This document shows, piece after piece, positions 24,052 through 36,003 of a stretch of 64,000 nucleotides of DNA (its first letter is position 1; each line of letters begins with the position of its first letter). Under the pieces are notes generated by a model. It saw only the letters and a program-made list of their open reading frames with translations. It did no database searches and was not told where the DNA came from. Both the position numbers and the translations under genes were made by a program. Location: assembly GCA_977016875.1 (NCBI GenBank), contig CDRNST010000051.1, forward strand, positions 1,302,001 to 1,366,000. The letters are read 5' to 3'. Source of the DNA: Pavona decussata. Taxonomy: Eukaryota.

Positions 24052-25659
24052 AAATATACAAAGGAACAAACAAAAACTTTCGGCCGGGGTTCCCAGGATT
24101 GTTAATTATCCCTCGTTGAAAAAGCGATTTCTACAAGAAAGCAAAGCGTACTAGATAGTGTTTCTCATTCTCTGAAAGCAGACGAACTCAGACGTTTTAC
24201 CAAAACTGTGTGGATAGACAAACGTGCTGATAATTGCGCAAAAACAGATTAGATAATGGAGTACAAGAACAGGTCATCTTTCACCTTTGTATTGTAATAT
24301 TCGGAAACTTCATAATAGGCACCGGCGGAGGGGAAGCGGGGCAGAGAGAAGTTGTACCGAGGTTTTTACAGTATAGAAATGAACTTTAAGTATAAACTGT
24401 GCTTCGAAAACAAAACCTAAGTAGTGGGAGATATGAGTTTTGGGAGAAGAGTGATTCACGCGAGTTATAATGTAGAATATTGAGAGCAGAATTCATCACC
24501 AATTACTGAGGGCCACAAAACATTCGTGTCTAATGACTCACCGCTTGTATTAAACCGATCGATACTTAGCCTAAACAGACAGCACACTTAATTGAAGGGC
24601 TGGTTACGAAACCTTGCCATGGAAACAAATTCCAACTAAAAGATATGGTCTCCACAGTGGCAGAGAAGGAGCGGAAGTTTACTCTTAAATCTATGGTGGT
24701 CCTCTATACCTTTAACCGATTGGGGTAAGGTGTCTCAGTCTATTGCTGACCTATGTCTTGGCTTGAACAAAAGTGAATGCTGTTTGATTTGCAAAGCGAC
24801 AAGACACCAGTGGATTCAAGTCCAACGCATTTTATTTTTTTTTTTTTATCCTGTTTTTGTTATTTTATGTCGAGTGAGTATCTACATGCAATGCAGTTTA
24901 ACGGTGTTGGTTTTAGAAGATTTCGCGAAGCGTCACTGGCCTCTGCAATTACGCGCAGTAGAAGCAAAATAATTACGGCTTAACGAAGGAGTCTGCTGTG
25001 GAATATACACGATTCATGTACCACGTATGACAGCACTTCTTAGTTTTTTTCAGTAAGCGGTGAACAAACACAACTAACCCGAGTGACAGGTGTATTTGTA
25101 ATGTTTCTTTGCTGCTATCTTCAACTTAATAATGTAGAAAACACAGGACGGTTTTCTAAATAATAAAACATGCTGAAAATGCGGTGTAGCCTATTGCCGG
25201 GCTGCCTCAGGACTCAGTCGTCATTTGTACATACCTACAGGAATCGCCGGTGGCTAAGGCAGACAAGAGTGCGATGCACCATCGCAGGTTTTCCTTACGC
25301 AGTTTCTTTTACGAAGGTGGTTTGTTTTGGTATATTCAGGTCAAATCTCTCTAATGGTTCAGTTTTATGTCACGTTTTCTGCTTGTGGAAACGAGTAGTA
25401 AGCTTTCCTGTTCATCCTATAAAAATAACCTATAAACATTACAAAAACCCAAAACAGACACAACAAAATAAAGCTAAGACATGCTGGTGCCGTGCAACAA
25501 CACTGAACAACAACGACTTTATTCTACCCCTACAGAGCACTACACATGAAATGACATAAAAAGTCAATGAAATAGAAAAAGGGTTATTGGCTTCCTAAAA
25601 TAACTTGAGAGTTAAAATACAAGGAAGCCAATTGACATGAAATAAAAGAGCAGAAGGCT

Positions 25660-28043
25660 TTACCTAGGGGATATGAGGAAGAATGACAAGCGAGTACAAA
25701 CGGCGAAATCAGCAGTGCAACTTAACGACAAAGAGCACTGGCAATGAGACCTGTTAACAGGCTCATCATCCCTCAAATCTGTAAACCGAAGCCAACTTTG
25801 AAACTCGGTAATGATTATCGAGGAAGGGTTCCTTGTGTTTAAAAGCGGCTCAAACGTACCCAGAATTCTTCCGAGAGGAACATAATCGGCGATGTTGGAG
25901 GTGGTCACGCGGTCGAACGTTTGTCCATGTGGAAGAAACGGAGCGATCTCCATACAGTTGCACAGCAGGAAGTGAAACTTTATTTGTCCAGTTGCCAGCT
26001 TTAAGGAGCATTTCTCAAGAACATGACTGACATACTCATCGTACATCTTAAGGATTGATGAGGAGTGACCCCATTGCCGGACCTCGTTGTAGTCCCACCC
26101 AATGAATGGAAGCACGGATGACTGAATGATGTAAGTGAAATCGCCCTTATTGCCACCTGTTTGGAAGTCAGAACCTGTGAGAGTAAAATTCTCCCGAGGA
26201 AGTAGTTTTCGAGCTTTCTTCCGCGACAAAATCCCGTTTTGAAACCAGTCAGATGCTGATTCCCTATGTTTCCCGGGGATTTCTGCTAAGTAGAGATATA
26301 TTCCATCCTTTGCAACAGGATTTTCAAACTGCCTGCGTCGAGCATCTGTAATCCAGTCTCCTCCACGTGAACTGAGCTGAAGCCAGGTGCACCATACCTC
26401 AGACATTCTCTGAAATTGCCTTTGGTTCATCTTCATTGCACCCCCTGTCAGTTCTTCAAGGCTGGATGCCTCGATCAGTTCTTGCAGCGTGCGGATAACA
26501 AGCTGAAAGTCTTCTTCACTGAGTCGCAGGGAATACCATATCTGTGTCACTGAGCTTGCCACTTGTTTCCCCCCTGAAAAGTGAATTCATTGTTACTTAT
26601 CAAAAATAAGCGTTACATTTTACCGGTTGGGAAGAGTGCTACAATAAGAAACTTGTATTTTGTTTCAGTTTTTTGTTCTCATACTACTGACCGCCAATTA
26701 ACCGAACACTAGTGTTTTTAAAAGTGTAAAAGATAATTCCGAATTGAGAGACGGTCGCAGTAATGTTCGTAACTTAAGGAGCGACTAAAAGAAAGCATGA
26801 AAAAATTCAGAAAAAGAAGAAGAAAGCCTGAATTTTTCAGGGACAAGCCTATAGTTTTCGAAATAATTTCAGCGCCTACCAAGTTAATAGATAAGGGGTT
26901 TAGTTTCTATAGGAACTGTGGTGCTGCGTTGGTGGAGCAGGTAGTGAAACCTAATATTTGTTGTATCAACTGAGTTGAGATTCGAGAGCTGATCGAACAT
27001 TAGCCTTTTTTCAGAGTGCATCCAAGCTTCACGGTGACCAAATTACCTTACCTATCAAATAAATATCTTTCAAAACGATTCAATTTGAGAAGTGCAGAAT
27101 CTCGATGAGCTAGAAAGTACGTTAACTTCAAAAAACCCTTTCAGCCCTTTTCTCAGCCGAAAACATTCCCTGAACAGCACTGACAAGTCGAATTTCGATT
27201 TCCCGTTCGAATGTTATTGAACAAACTTCTAGACTTGGGCTTGCATGCTGGGCTTTTTATATCGCCAACTGTTACAAGTTATTTACAATCTTCCTTGTAA
27301 CGCATCCGTCTTCTCAGTGGAATGCTATGAAAAAGTGTAAAAGGTAGTTCCGATTTCGTTTTGACGAAGAAACCATACTGGGCAAGACCGACGCAGCATT
27401 AGACTGGCCATAATTGCAAGGGCTTACCTTTGAACAGAAAATACAGAATAAGAACTGTCCTCGCCAGTGTACAGGCGCAAATGTCGTTCAAGACGAAGGT
27501 GACCTCTTTTTGGTAAGATTCTGGAAGCTGAGCTAAGGACAGCACCGCATTCCTTGGATCTCCAACGCCACAAGCAAGAACCGACAAAGGTTTGGAATAT
27601 TCGCAGCCTTCGTTCAGAGGAAGATTGATGAGATCCACGGCAGGAGTGTTGCCCCAGTAATAGAGAGTTGCCATTCCTTGCAGATGTGCCGACTCTTTGA
27701 GGTAGAAAATTTTCTTAAATTGATCAGACAATTGATAGGTCTCCTTTGTCACCTGTTGGCAGTAGGCTTTATGTGTCGGCCAGGATTTCTTCTGGCATTC
27801 TTTATCGCAGTACCACACTTGACGACAGCTTCCGCACGGTTTCAGCCCAGTATTCTCCTTTCCGCATCCAGAACATTTCCTCTTCAACGAAGCCGTCTGG
27901 CAATCCACTTGATGTCGAAACTCATCGCTACCCTTACACGTATTGCTGCAGTAATACGCCATTTCACATCTGCCGCAGTAGATCTTTGCAGTCGGCGCTG
28001 AACATATAGTATCACAGCGCCAACACTGGTCTATTTTGAGCAT
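25660..28043 (-). CDS. g7: subfamily B MYND-MYND-DUF4470 gene, open (509 aa) but 3'-truncated/chimeric; exons 28043-27428 and 26573-25660
   Basis: ATG at 28043. Donor AAAG|GTAAG, acceptor TTTCAG|GGGGG. Homology to paralogs stops at ~25767 (FTDLRDD). Roughly 125 conserved C-terminal residues are replaced by ~35 unrelated codons. May be non-functional. Confidence 0.7.
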
Positions 28044-29744
28044 TTTGATCAAACTTTAACCAAGATATGTTCTGTTTGGTTTTAACATGTAAAATGCGTG
28101 ATGGATGATGAATAATTTAATAGTTACTTAGAAATTAAAATAGATTTCCGAGAATTTGTCCTAAGGGGGACCCCTTGAGTTCTTTTCTAGAGACGCCAAG
28201 GGAAGGGAAAGGCAACCTATATTCTAATTTATTTGAGCCGGCGCCTTACAAGTAACGCCAGTAACAATTTTTTTCTGAATAATAAAGGAATAGATCATTG
28301 ATGTCTGTATCATGATATGTAATAATACACTAGCGCTCTTCAGCAACTGCGCAGGCGCTATAACCGAGCGAGGATGTACTCTTTTCTTCTTTTAACTGTT
28401 TTTCTAACAGGAGCCTATCACAAGCAGGATTACACTATGGAATAATTCCCTGGGGACTGGGGGATGCGGGTAGGACTGTGGGTCAGGGGAGTAGATATCC
28501 TCAGGTATTGCCTCCCCAAGGAGTATTGTTTTCAGTTGAGCTGTGTTAGTTTTACCATCACTACATTGCTACGCGACCTGTAAAGTCACAACGCTTCGCC
28601 ACCACTAGTTTTGAAGAAAAGAACCTGAATTGTTCTGTAAAATCTGTTGACGTCGTCTAAAAACGGAAGACGTCCTGTAACAGCTCTTGACTACGTTTGC
28701 GTTATAGCAGGCAAGTAAGATTTGCAGAAAAAATGTTCTAGATTTTTTAGTCATTCTTGGATAAGGCGGGATGATTCCTACCCTTAAGTGCTCAAATGTC
28801 CATCGCTGTTGATGCTTTGCAGACAAAGATACATTAGTGACATCTTCAAAAACGCTTTCTTTTGAAACTCAATTAAGTGAGCCATTCAGTTACAAAGGCG
28901 AAATACTGTCCTTAATGAAAAAATTCTCAACTGCCACAAGCCTGGAAAAAAACAAAAAACAAGGCGTATTCCGCCAGACCAACAAGTAAATCTAGTTCAA
29001 ATTTCCCTCTTCCTGGCCACGGTTCATGCATGCAAGCATATGCCCAGAGGGGATGCTGAATTTTTGATCGATCGGCGCATAAATACAGGTGTAAATTATA
29101 GTTGTTTCGATCTGAAAATGGATTTATTTTGCTTAGTGGCCTGTAAGAGGGTATAAAAGTTGGCTATTTTGGCTTGAAAGGGGTAACATTTTGAGGTTCA
29201 GGTCTGGAATTGTACAGCCTATTCTTGGGTCTGTAAACGGGTAAGAGCCTAAGCTTAGGGCTGCATCACCCATTCCAAAAATGTCAAGGAGTACCTCCCC
29301 CGGGTAATAATTTGAGCAACGTGTTTCTCGCAACTTTAACTGAGACAAGTGACACAAAATGTCACGCAGCATTGCATTAGCATGAAACCTGCTTATGACT
29401 GGATATCATGGAAGCCGGACCCATGGAAGAAAAGGTGAAGATGAAGATGAAGTCCAGATAAAAGGCTTGAGATACAACGAAAACGGTGACAAATAACAAA
29501 CGTTTTAAACAACAATGTTATATTGATGGTAGAACGAGAATGCTCGTACCAAAAATGTAGAACAAAGCTACTATAATATTAATGAAAACACAATACCATT
29601 AATCTTTGGTCCACTTAGAAGCTTCGACAGTTAAACAATAAAAAAGCCGTTTGCCAAAAATCCAACTGAAACTAAGAATGTCATAGTGAGTTTCCTATTC
29701 ACGTGCGGCATTTTTTACCTAAGAGTTCAGTTCCGCGAAAACAA

Positions 29745-32175
29745 CTATTGAGTTGACGAGGGAACCTTCCACTCCAAAGTAAATTCGTCTCCTCTAATCA
29801 AGTTCACTCGGCGACAGTTTACAGCTCTCTTGAAGGGAAAAAGTGTGTTTTCATTCCTCGCATAGTCGCGCAGTTCCAGACCTAAATCAGCGGTCAGTGT
29901 TTTAATGGATGGAAGTTTCTTGTTCTTTGCCAAAGAAGCCAGTTCTTCATCACTGCGTGACTCGATAAGAGCGGCACGAAGATACAACTGGAAATCTGGA
30001 ATGTGGTTGTAATATTCGAGAAAGCTGGTTAGGTTTATAGACGTTTTTAGTGCTGGGTTGTTAGTGTCTTTAGCTGCATTCGGTGCGACAGCAAAGTACT
30101 TCCATGGTATACGGTTCCGAACTTCTGGCAAATGATGACCCAGCCAGTTGTGCGTCTCAGTGACCAAGACCGAGTGTTCATTGTTGGTATTCAAAAGCCT
30201 TTTGAATTTCGCCAGCAGGGTGGAGAGGGAAATGAAGTCAATCAGATTAGAAGTGGTGATGCGGTCGTATTTTAGCTCAACAGGTAGGAATGGCTCAATC
30301 GTCATGCAGTCACACAGTGTGACATGCATCTTCACCTCACCACTCTGTAGTTTGGCAATGCACTTGCTGAAGACATCTGACAGGTACGTGAAGTACATCT
30401 CTAGAAGAGAATCACTCTTACAGAAATTCTCCATCGTTTTGTAATCCCATCCAGTAAAGGGAAGATTACTGGGATCAATGGAAAAGTCGTAGTCATATAT
30501 ATCACCCCTTTTCCACTGGAAGGAGGAACCGGTAAGGGTGAAATTCTCTCTCGTTAAATGCGATGCTTCAAAATGTGAGGTAAACAATCCAGTTTCCATC
30601 CAAAACTTGGCGGAGTCTCTGTGGCGTTGCGGGATTGTGTTCAGATAGTCTTGAATTCCCTTTGCTGATTCAGTATCTCTTTGGAAAGCGGCGTTCCTTC
30701 TCTCAGTCACCCAACACCCTTTGAGTGTTGAGAGCTGAATCCAAGTTTCCCAGACTTTCTTCAGCTCATGCAGTTGTTCAGGAGTGGCCACGTTCATAAA
30801 GGCACTTGTTAGGGTGCTCAAGTCATCGGCCGCCCAAAGATCGTCAAGCGCCAACATCAGCAGCAAAAAATCACTTTCCAAGATGCGCAGAGAGTACCAG
30901 ATCCGGATGACAGTGTCCACTGCCTCCATTCCTCCTACGATATAAGAAATGATACATGAAAGGCTTGAGGGGACGATAATAGGCTGTAACATACTTGGGT
31001 TTCTATGGATGTAAATGATTCTTAGTTGAGCAAATTTGTCAAATCCTAGCTATTACGAATGGTGATTGCTTTGAATGGAGTATTATCCATGGAATGGGGC
31101 AGGGACAGTTTGAAACCACGGGCATTATTATCCCTGGATTGTACAACACTAGTTTAAATTACCAATTAATTGTATCAATAAAATTTAATAGCGTTTCTGC
31201 AACTTTTACAATTTTCCACGTTACTTTACCGCCCTACATCCCAATAGAGGCCACCTCTCTTCAGAGGCCAGTACATTCTTTCTTTCTCTGTTGTTCAAAT
31301 TGTAATATATATCAGTGTCGAAAGTCTAACATTTCTGTCAAGATTTACAAATTATACTTTCAACCAGCCAAATTTATATGCAAAATAATATTGTCGATAT
31401 TGTTTTAAAGAGCAATTTCGTTCTATATTTTGTGCTTTAGCTCATTCTAATCTAATTTTCGTTTTATTTATTGTATATATTAGGTATTTACCCCTTTAAA
31501 ACTTCCCGCTCCATGAAAGGCTTCGTTTGTCATTATTACCGACCCAATGTTTTCAAAATTAAAACAAAGGTTCCACTTACCTTTGTATAGCAAGTAGAGA
31601 AGCAGGATTGTTCTGGCCAGTGTACATGGACAGATGTCGTTTAACACGAAAGTTACCTTCTGTTTATAAACATCAGGCAAAGAAGCAATTGTGAGTAGAA
31701 CATTCCTTGGATCACCAACTCCACACAGCAACAGAACTAGCGGATTAGAATACGTCTCTCCTTCATTCATCGACATGTTGAGTAGGTCCACAGCTGGTAC
31801 ATTACCCCAGTAATAAGTACGGGACATTCCTGGAGCCTGCTTGTTCAAATCACGATCCTCCTTAATTGTAGTAGCCAAGTTAATGGTTTTCTCGACGATA
31901 TCATGGCATTGGTTCTTGTGATTCCCCCATTCTTTCTTCTGACACTTTGCACTGCAATACCAGGCCTTCGCACAAGTAGAACATCTTAGCATACCTTCGT
32001 CGTCCTTTCCGCATCCCATGCATTTTCTTTTCCGTGCTGCTGCGTCGCACTCTGGCTCGTGTCTCCACGTATCCTGTATCTGACATTCCTTGGAGCAATA
32101 GAATGCCACTCTGCATCGTGAACACCGCTCAGTGCAGGCTGTCTCACATCGCCAGCAGTGACCATTTCTCTTCAT
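29745..32175 (-). CDS. g8: divergent subfamily C tandem zf-MYND + DUF4470 protein, 594 aa; exons 32175-31581 and 30934-29745
   Basis: ATG at 32175. Donor AAAG|GTAAG, acceptor CGTAG|GAGGA. The 1785-nt joined frame is open. It retains CGVGDPRNV, LNDI, ENFTLTG, LPFTGWDY, YDRITTSN and LEW. Confidence 0.9.
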
Positions 32176-33661
32176 AATTCGTCCTCACAATACGAAAATA
32201 GTCAGGCTAAATTCAAAACGCCGTTCAAACTAAATTCTGAACGCCTTCTTTCGTTAGTCAACTACTTTGGCCAGTGTAATCTGGCTTGTCTGAATTTGTT
32301 ATTCTGCGGATAAATCCTCTTACACTGCGACTATTCAAATGAAAGTCGATCAGTTCTGCCGGCTATGTTCTCCTGCAGAGTTTTCCTTTAGACGTTTTCC
32401 CAATGGCAAGGAATTATAAAACTTTCCAGATATCTACTTTGGTGCAAGATTTCTACTTTTAAAGCCGTAGATCGCTCTACAATAGTTCCAAGTGCACGTT
32501 TCGTCCGGTAGCCTGAATGATAAACGGAAGTAAATATAAAAGCTATTCAATATCACTTGGTGAAGGACGAGTCCAACATCCAGTTCCTGAAATCATTTGT
32601 TGACAAAATAGCTTGTAGTATCCTAAACTCGTCAATGATCGCTGTTCATCACTGTGTAATGATCAGCCGAGTAAGCAAAGTTACATCAGCAATCACCGGC
32701 TTAAAAATCTGAACACCGCTTTCCTTCTTAGAAAATCTGATAACTTAATGTATTCTCTTTTTCCTAGAATTCCTTAACCTATGCAAAATTATTTTATGGT
32801 TGTCAAGGTTGCGTGACGTATCGGTTCCAAATACTCTGTGATTTTCACGTGATGGTTTAGATCTAAAAAATGTAAGCACGTGTGTAATAATCACTTGGCA
32901 TGTTGTGGGGTAGAGAGGAACTTAACTAGATTGATAGAAAAACCACAGCCTGCAGAGGGGCAGTTTAACACTGAGATGAGCGGTATCATTTCTTACCCGG
33001 AAGTTATGTACGTAACACGCGTCCAACATCTTCCTCTTTAATAGCGCCATGAGGGCCAAACCTCTGTCATTAATGAACTGCTCTGCGGCTGGTTGAAATC
33101 TCGTGTGAGCTTTCCTAGCTGGCTTGAAAATATTTCGTGTAAGAAACCTGCTTGGACGCAAATGTATGCTGCTTTCAACGGACTTAATTATGCAATCGCT
33201 AATTTATGCAGGTTTCTTCGCGTGACCTGAAAAAGTGCATGATTGTATTGACAAAAGTGCTGGTATCACGCAAGCGCGACATACCAACTAAATAACTTAG
33301 CATATTATATGAAATTCTAGGAAAAACAGAATACATTAAGTCATCAAACACAAATATTTTGCTTTGAAATGAAGTAATAAAGGCATTTTACGTCACTAGT
33401 GCTGTCAAAAAGTACCATTAAATCTGCCGCCGTTAATGCGTCGAACGTTAGTGACAGCGCCATAAACTGCAAGACCAATAAAGAATTCAAAGGAGCCTAG
33501 TCCAACAGGACTTCAAAGGTATGCCATGAAAGAGCTGTTTCATGCGTTACAGTTATGTTCGTGATGGCGGCTGAAAGTTTGAAGCGCATCTTTTGAAAGA
33601 TAGTTACAAGAAGTTGTTTCTCTCTCCAGAGACATAACCTGAGTAAGCTGATCAACTGATC

Positions 33662-36003
33662 ATGAACAAAGCTGGTCTCTGCTGGCGGTGCGAGACAGCC
33701 TGCACTCAGCGGTGTTCACGATGCAGAGTGGCGTTCTATTGCTCCAAGGAATGTCAGATACATGATAAATGGCGACACAAGCCAGATTGCGATGCAGCAG
33801 CGCTGAAGACGCAATGTTCCTGCTGCGGTCTTGAAGAAGAAGGAATGATGAAGTGTAGTAACTGTTTGGAAGTCTCTTACTGTAGCACAGAATGTCAGAG
33901 ACACGACTGGGCACAGCACAAATTGTCATGCCAAAAATCTGTTGAGAAAACACTTAAATTGGTTCAAGAAATGAAGGAGCTTTTCGAGTTAAAAGAGAGA
34001 AATCCTGGCCTCGTGGAAACCTATTACTGGGGTAATGTACCAGCTGTGGATCTACTCAACTTATCGATGAATGAAGGAGAGGAATATTCCGATCCGCTGG
34101 CTCTGTTGTCGTGTGGAGTCGGTGATCCAAGGAATGTTCTACTCACAATTGCTTCTTTACCTGATGTTTATAAACAGAAGGTAACTTTCGAGTTAAACGA
34201 CATCTGTCCATGCACTCTGGCCAGAACAATTCTGCTTCTGTACATGGTATTCAAAGGTATTTTTTATTATTTTATTTTGTTTATTTTTTAAGTTACTTCC
34301 CTTTATTAAAACTGATTTGACTGATATTTATGCAGTTAAGTTTAATTTATGGATGGAATTGTGCCTGATGTTCTACATTTTTCGTTTGTTTCGTTAATGA
34401 TAGTGCACTTTGCACGGGTTACCCTGGCGAGCCAGTTTCAGTGTTTGTTTCTTTAAAAATTGCCGCGCTAAATTGTAGAATACTACTGTCGACACTTCAC
34501 CCTGTTAGTAGAGCCTTTCCTACACTCCACATGTCAAGGTGGCCTCAAAATGAGCTTTCCTCCTAGAACTGTCAATAGGACATATGTTTTCAAACAAAGC
34601 TTTTAAACCAGTTAGAGTGAGGCAATATTTAAAATTAAAAATGCCTTATTGCTGTTGTAGTTTACAATGTTCAAGAAAGTTGGCTAAGAGTATGAAGAGT
34701 TTCTATAGCCGACGTAAGTCCAAAATTGCTTGTAGCTGTGATGATGAAATTTTACATCTTCTGTATCCGTGTTCCAATTTTTGTAGGAGGAGATGACGTG
34801 GCTGGTACAGTGGTTCGTGTTTGGTACTCAGTGTGCATTTCAGAAGGGGACTTTGCCTTCCTGACGTCAGCACTTCAAGACCTCGTGACAACTACTGAAC
34901 TGTGCACTCTCACAGGAGGTGTGATGGAGGTTTCTGCTGACCAGCTGAGCCAGCTTAAGAGTGTTTGGACCACGTGGCTTCGCTTGTCACGACGCAATGG
35001 GAAATGGGTTGAGGAACTAAGACACAAAATGAACTCCTCTGATTTAGAAAGAAAAGATGGCGTAAGCCATTACATGCATGCTATTCCTAAAGAACACAGG
35101 ATGTCTACCCAACACTTTTTTGACACGGGCATTTTTCATTCGTCAACAAATGACAGAGAGCTAACGCGACAAAACTTTACTCACACTGGTCAAGGAGTTC
35201 TTCGTTCCACAGCAAGCCCTGACTTTCACTACAGCATACCACCCGCTGTGCTTCCATTTACTGGGTGGGATTACAAAGCAATCCAGAAAACCGGCTGTTA
35301 CGCTGCCTCCCTACCAAAGATGTACACCATCTACTTGACACAGATTCTTCAAAAGTGCCTTGAAAAACTTAGGAGTGACCAGGTGAAGTTCCATTTTATT
35401 TTATGTGACGTCCTGGATATTGAAGCTTTCCTGCCTACCGATCTCAGATATGACCGCATCACAACTTCTAACTTGTGGGACTACTGTCCACTCACCATCT
35501 TACTGACAAAATTCAAAGGCTTCCTGAACGAATCCAATCCTCACGCACTCTTGCTTACTGAGACCACCAGCTGGTCCCAAAGATTTATGCCAGAAATCGT
35601 TCACCTGTTGCCGTATCTTTCTGACATAGATGATTTGTGTAACAGAGCTTTGAAAGACACGGGAAACTGTGAACTCACGAATTTATCCGGGCTGTCCACC
35701 GTGGTGGAATACATCAACTTTACAGGTCAATTTAACATGTTTCTACGTGCATCGTTGTTAGCTTCCTGCACAGACAAAGAGCTCGCTTCGTCCAGAAGGA
35801 AGAAGAGAATCCCGTCTGTGAAATCACTTGTATCTTCACTGGGACTTCATCTTCGGGACTTCATTAGAAACGAGAACACAGTCCTTCCGTTTAGATGGGC
35901 GCTAAATTGTCGTCGGGCTGTAATGTTGGGTGGATACGAGAGAGCGCTGGAATGGAAACTTGTGCGCGCTGACTCAGCAGCGGAAGAAGCTACAAGCGAA
36001 TAA
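33662..36003 (+). CDS. g9: subfamily A tandem zf-MYND + DUF4470 protein, 603 aa; exons 33662-34256 and 34787-36003
   Basis: ATG at 33662. Donor AAAG|GTATT, acceptor TTTTTGTAG|GAGGA. The 1812-nt joined frame is open. Divergently oriented from g8. Confidence 0.9.

Larger units (their letters stand above)
13757..25766 (+). repeat. Segmental duplication X, copy 1 (g5+g6 head-to-head pair and flanks); copy 2 at ~50198-62785
   Basis: Direct repeat. The core (~16650-24636 vs ~53667-61151) is nearly identical including intergenic DNA and MITEs; the flanks are visibly more diverged. Confidence 0.92.
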
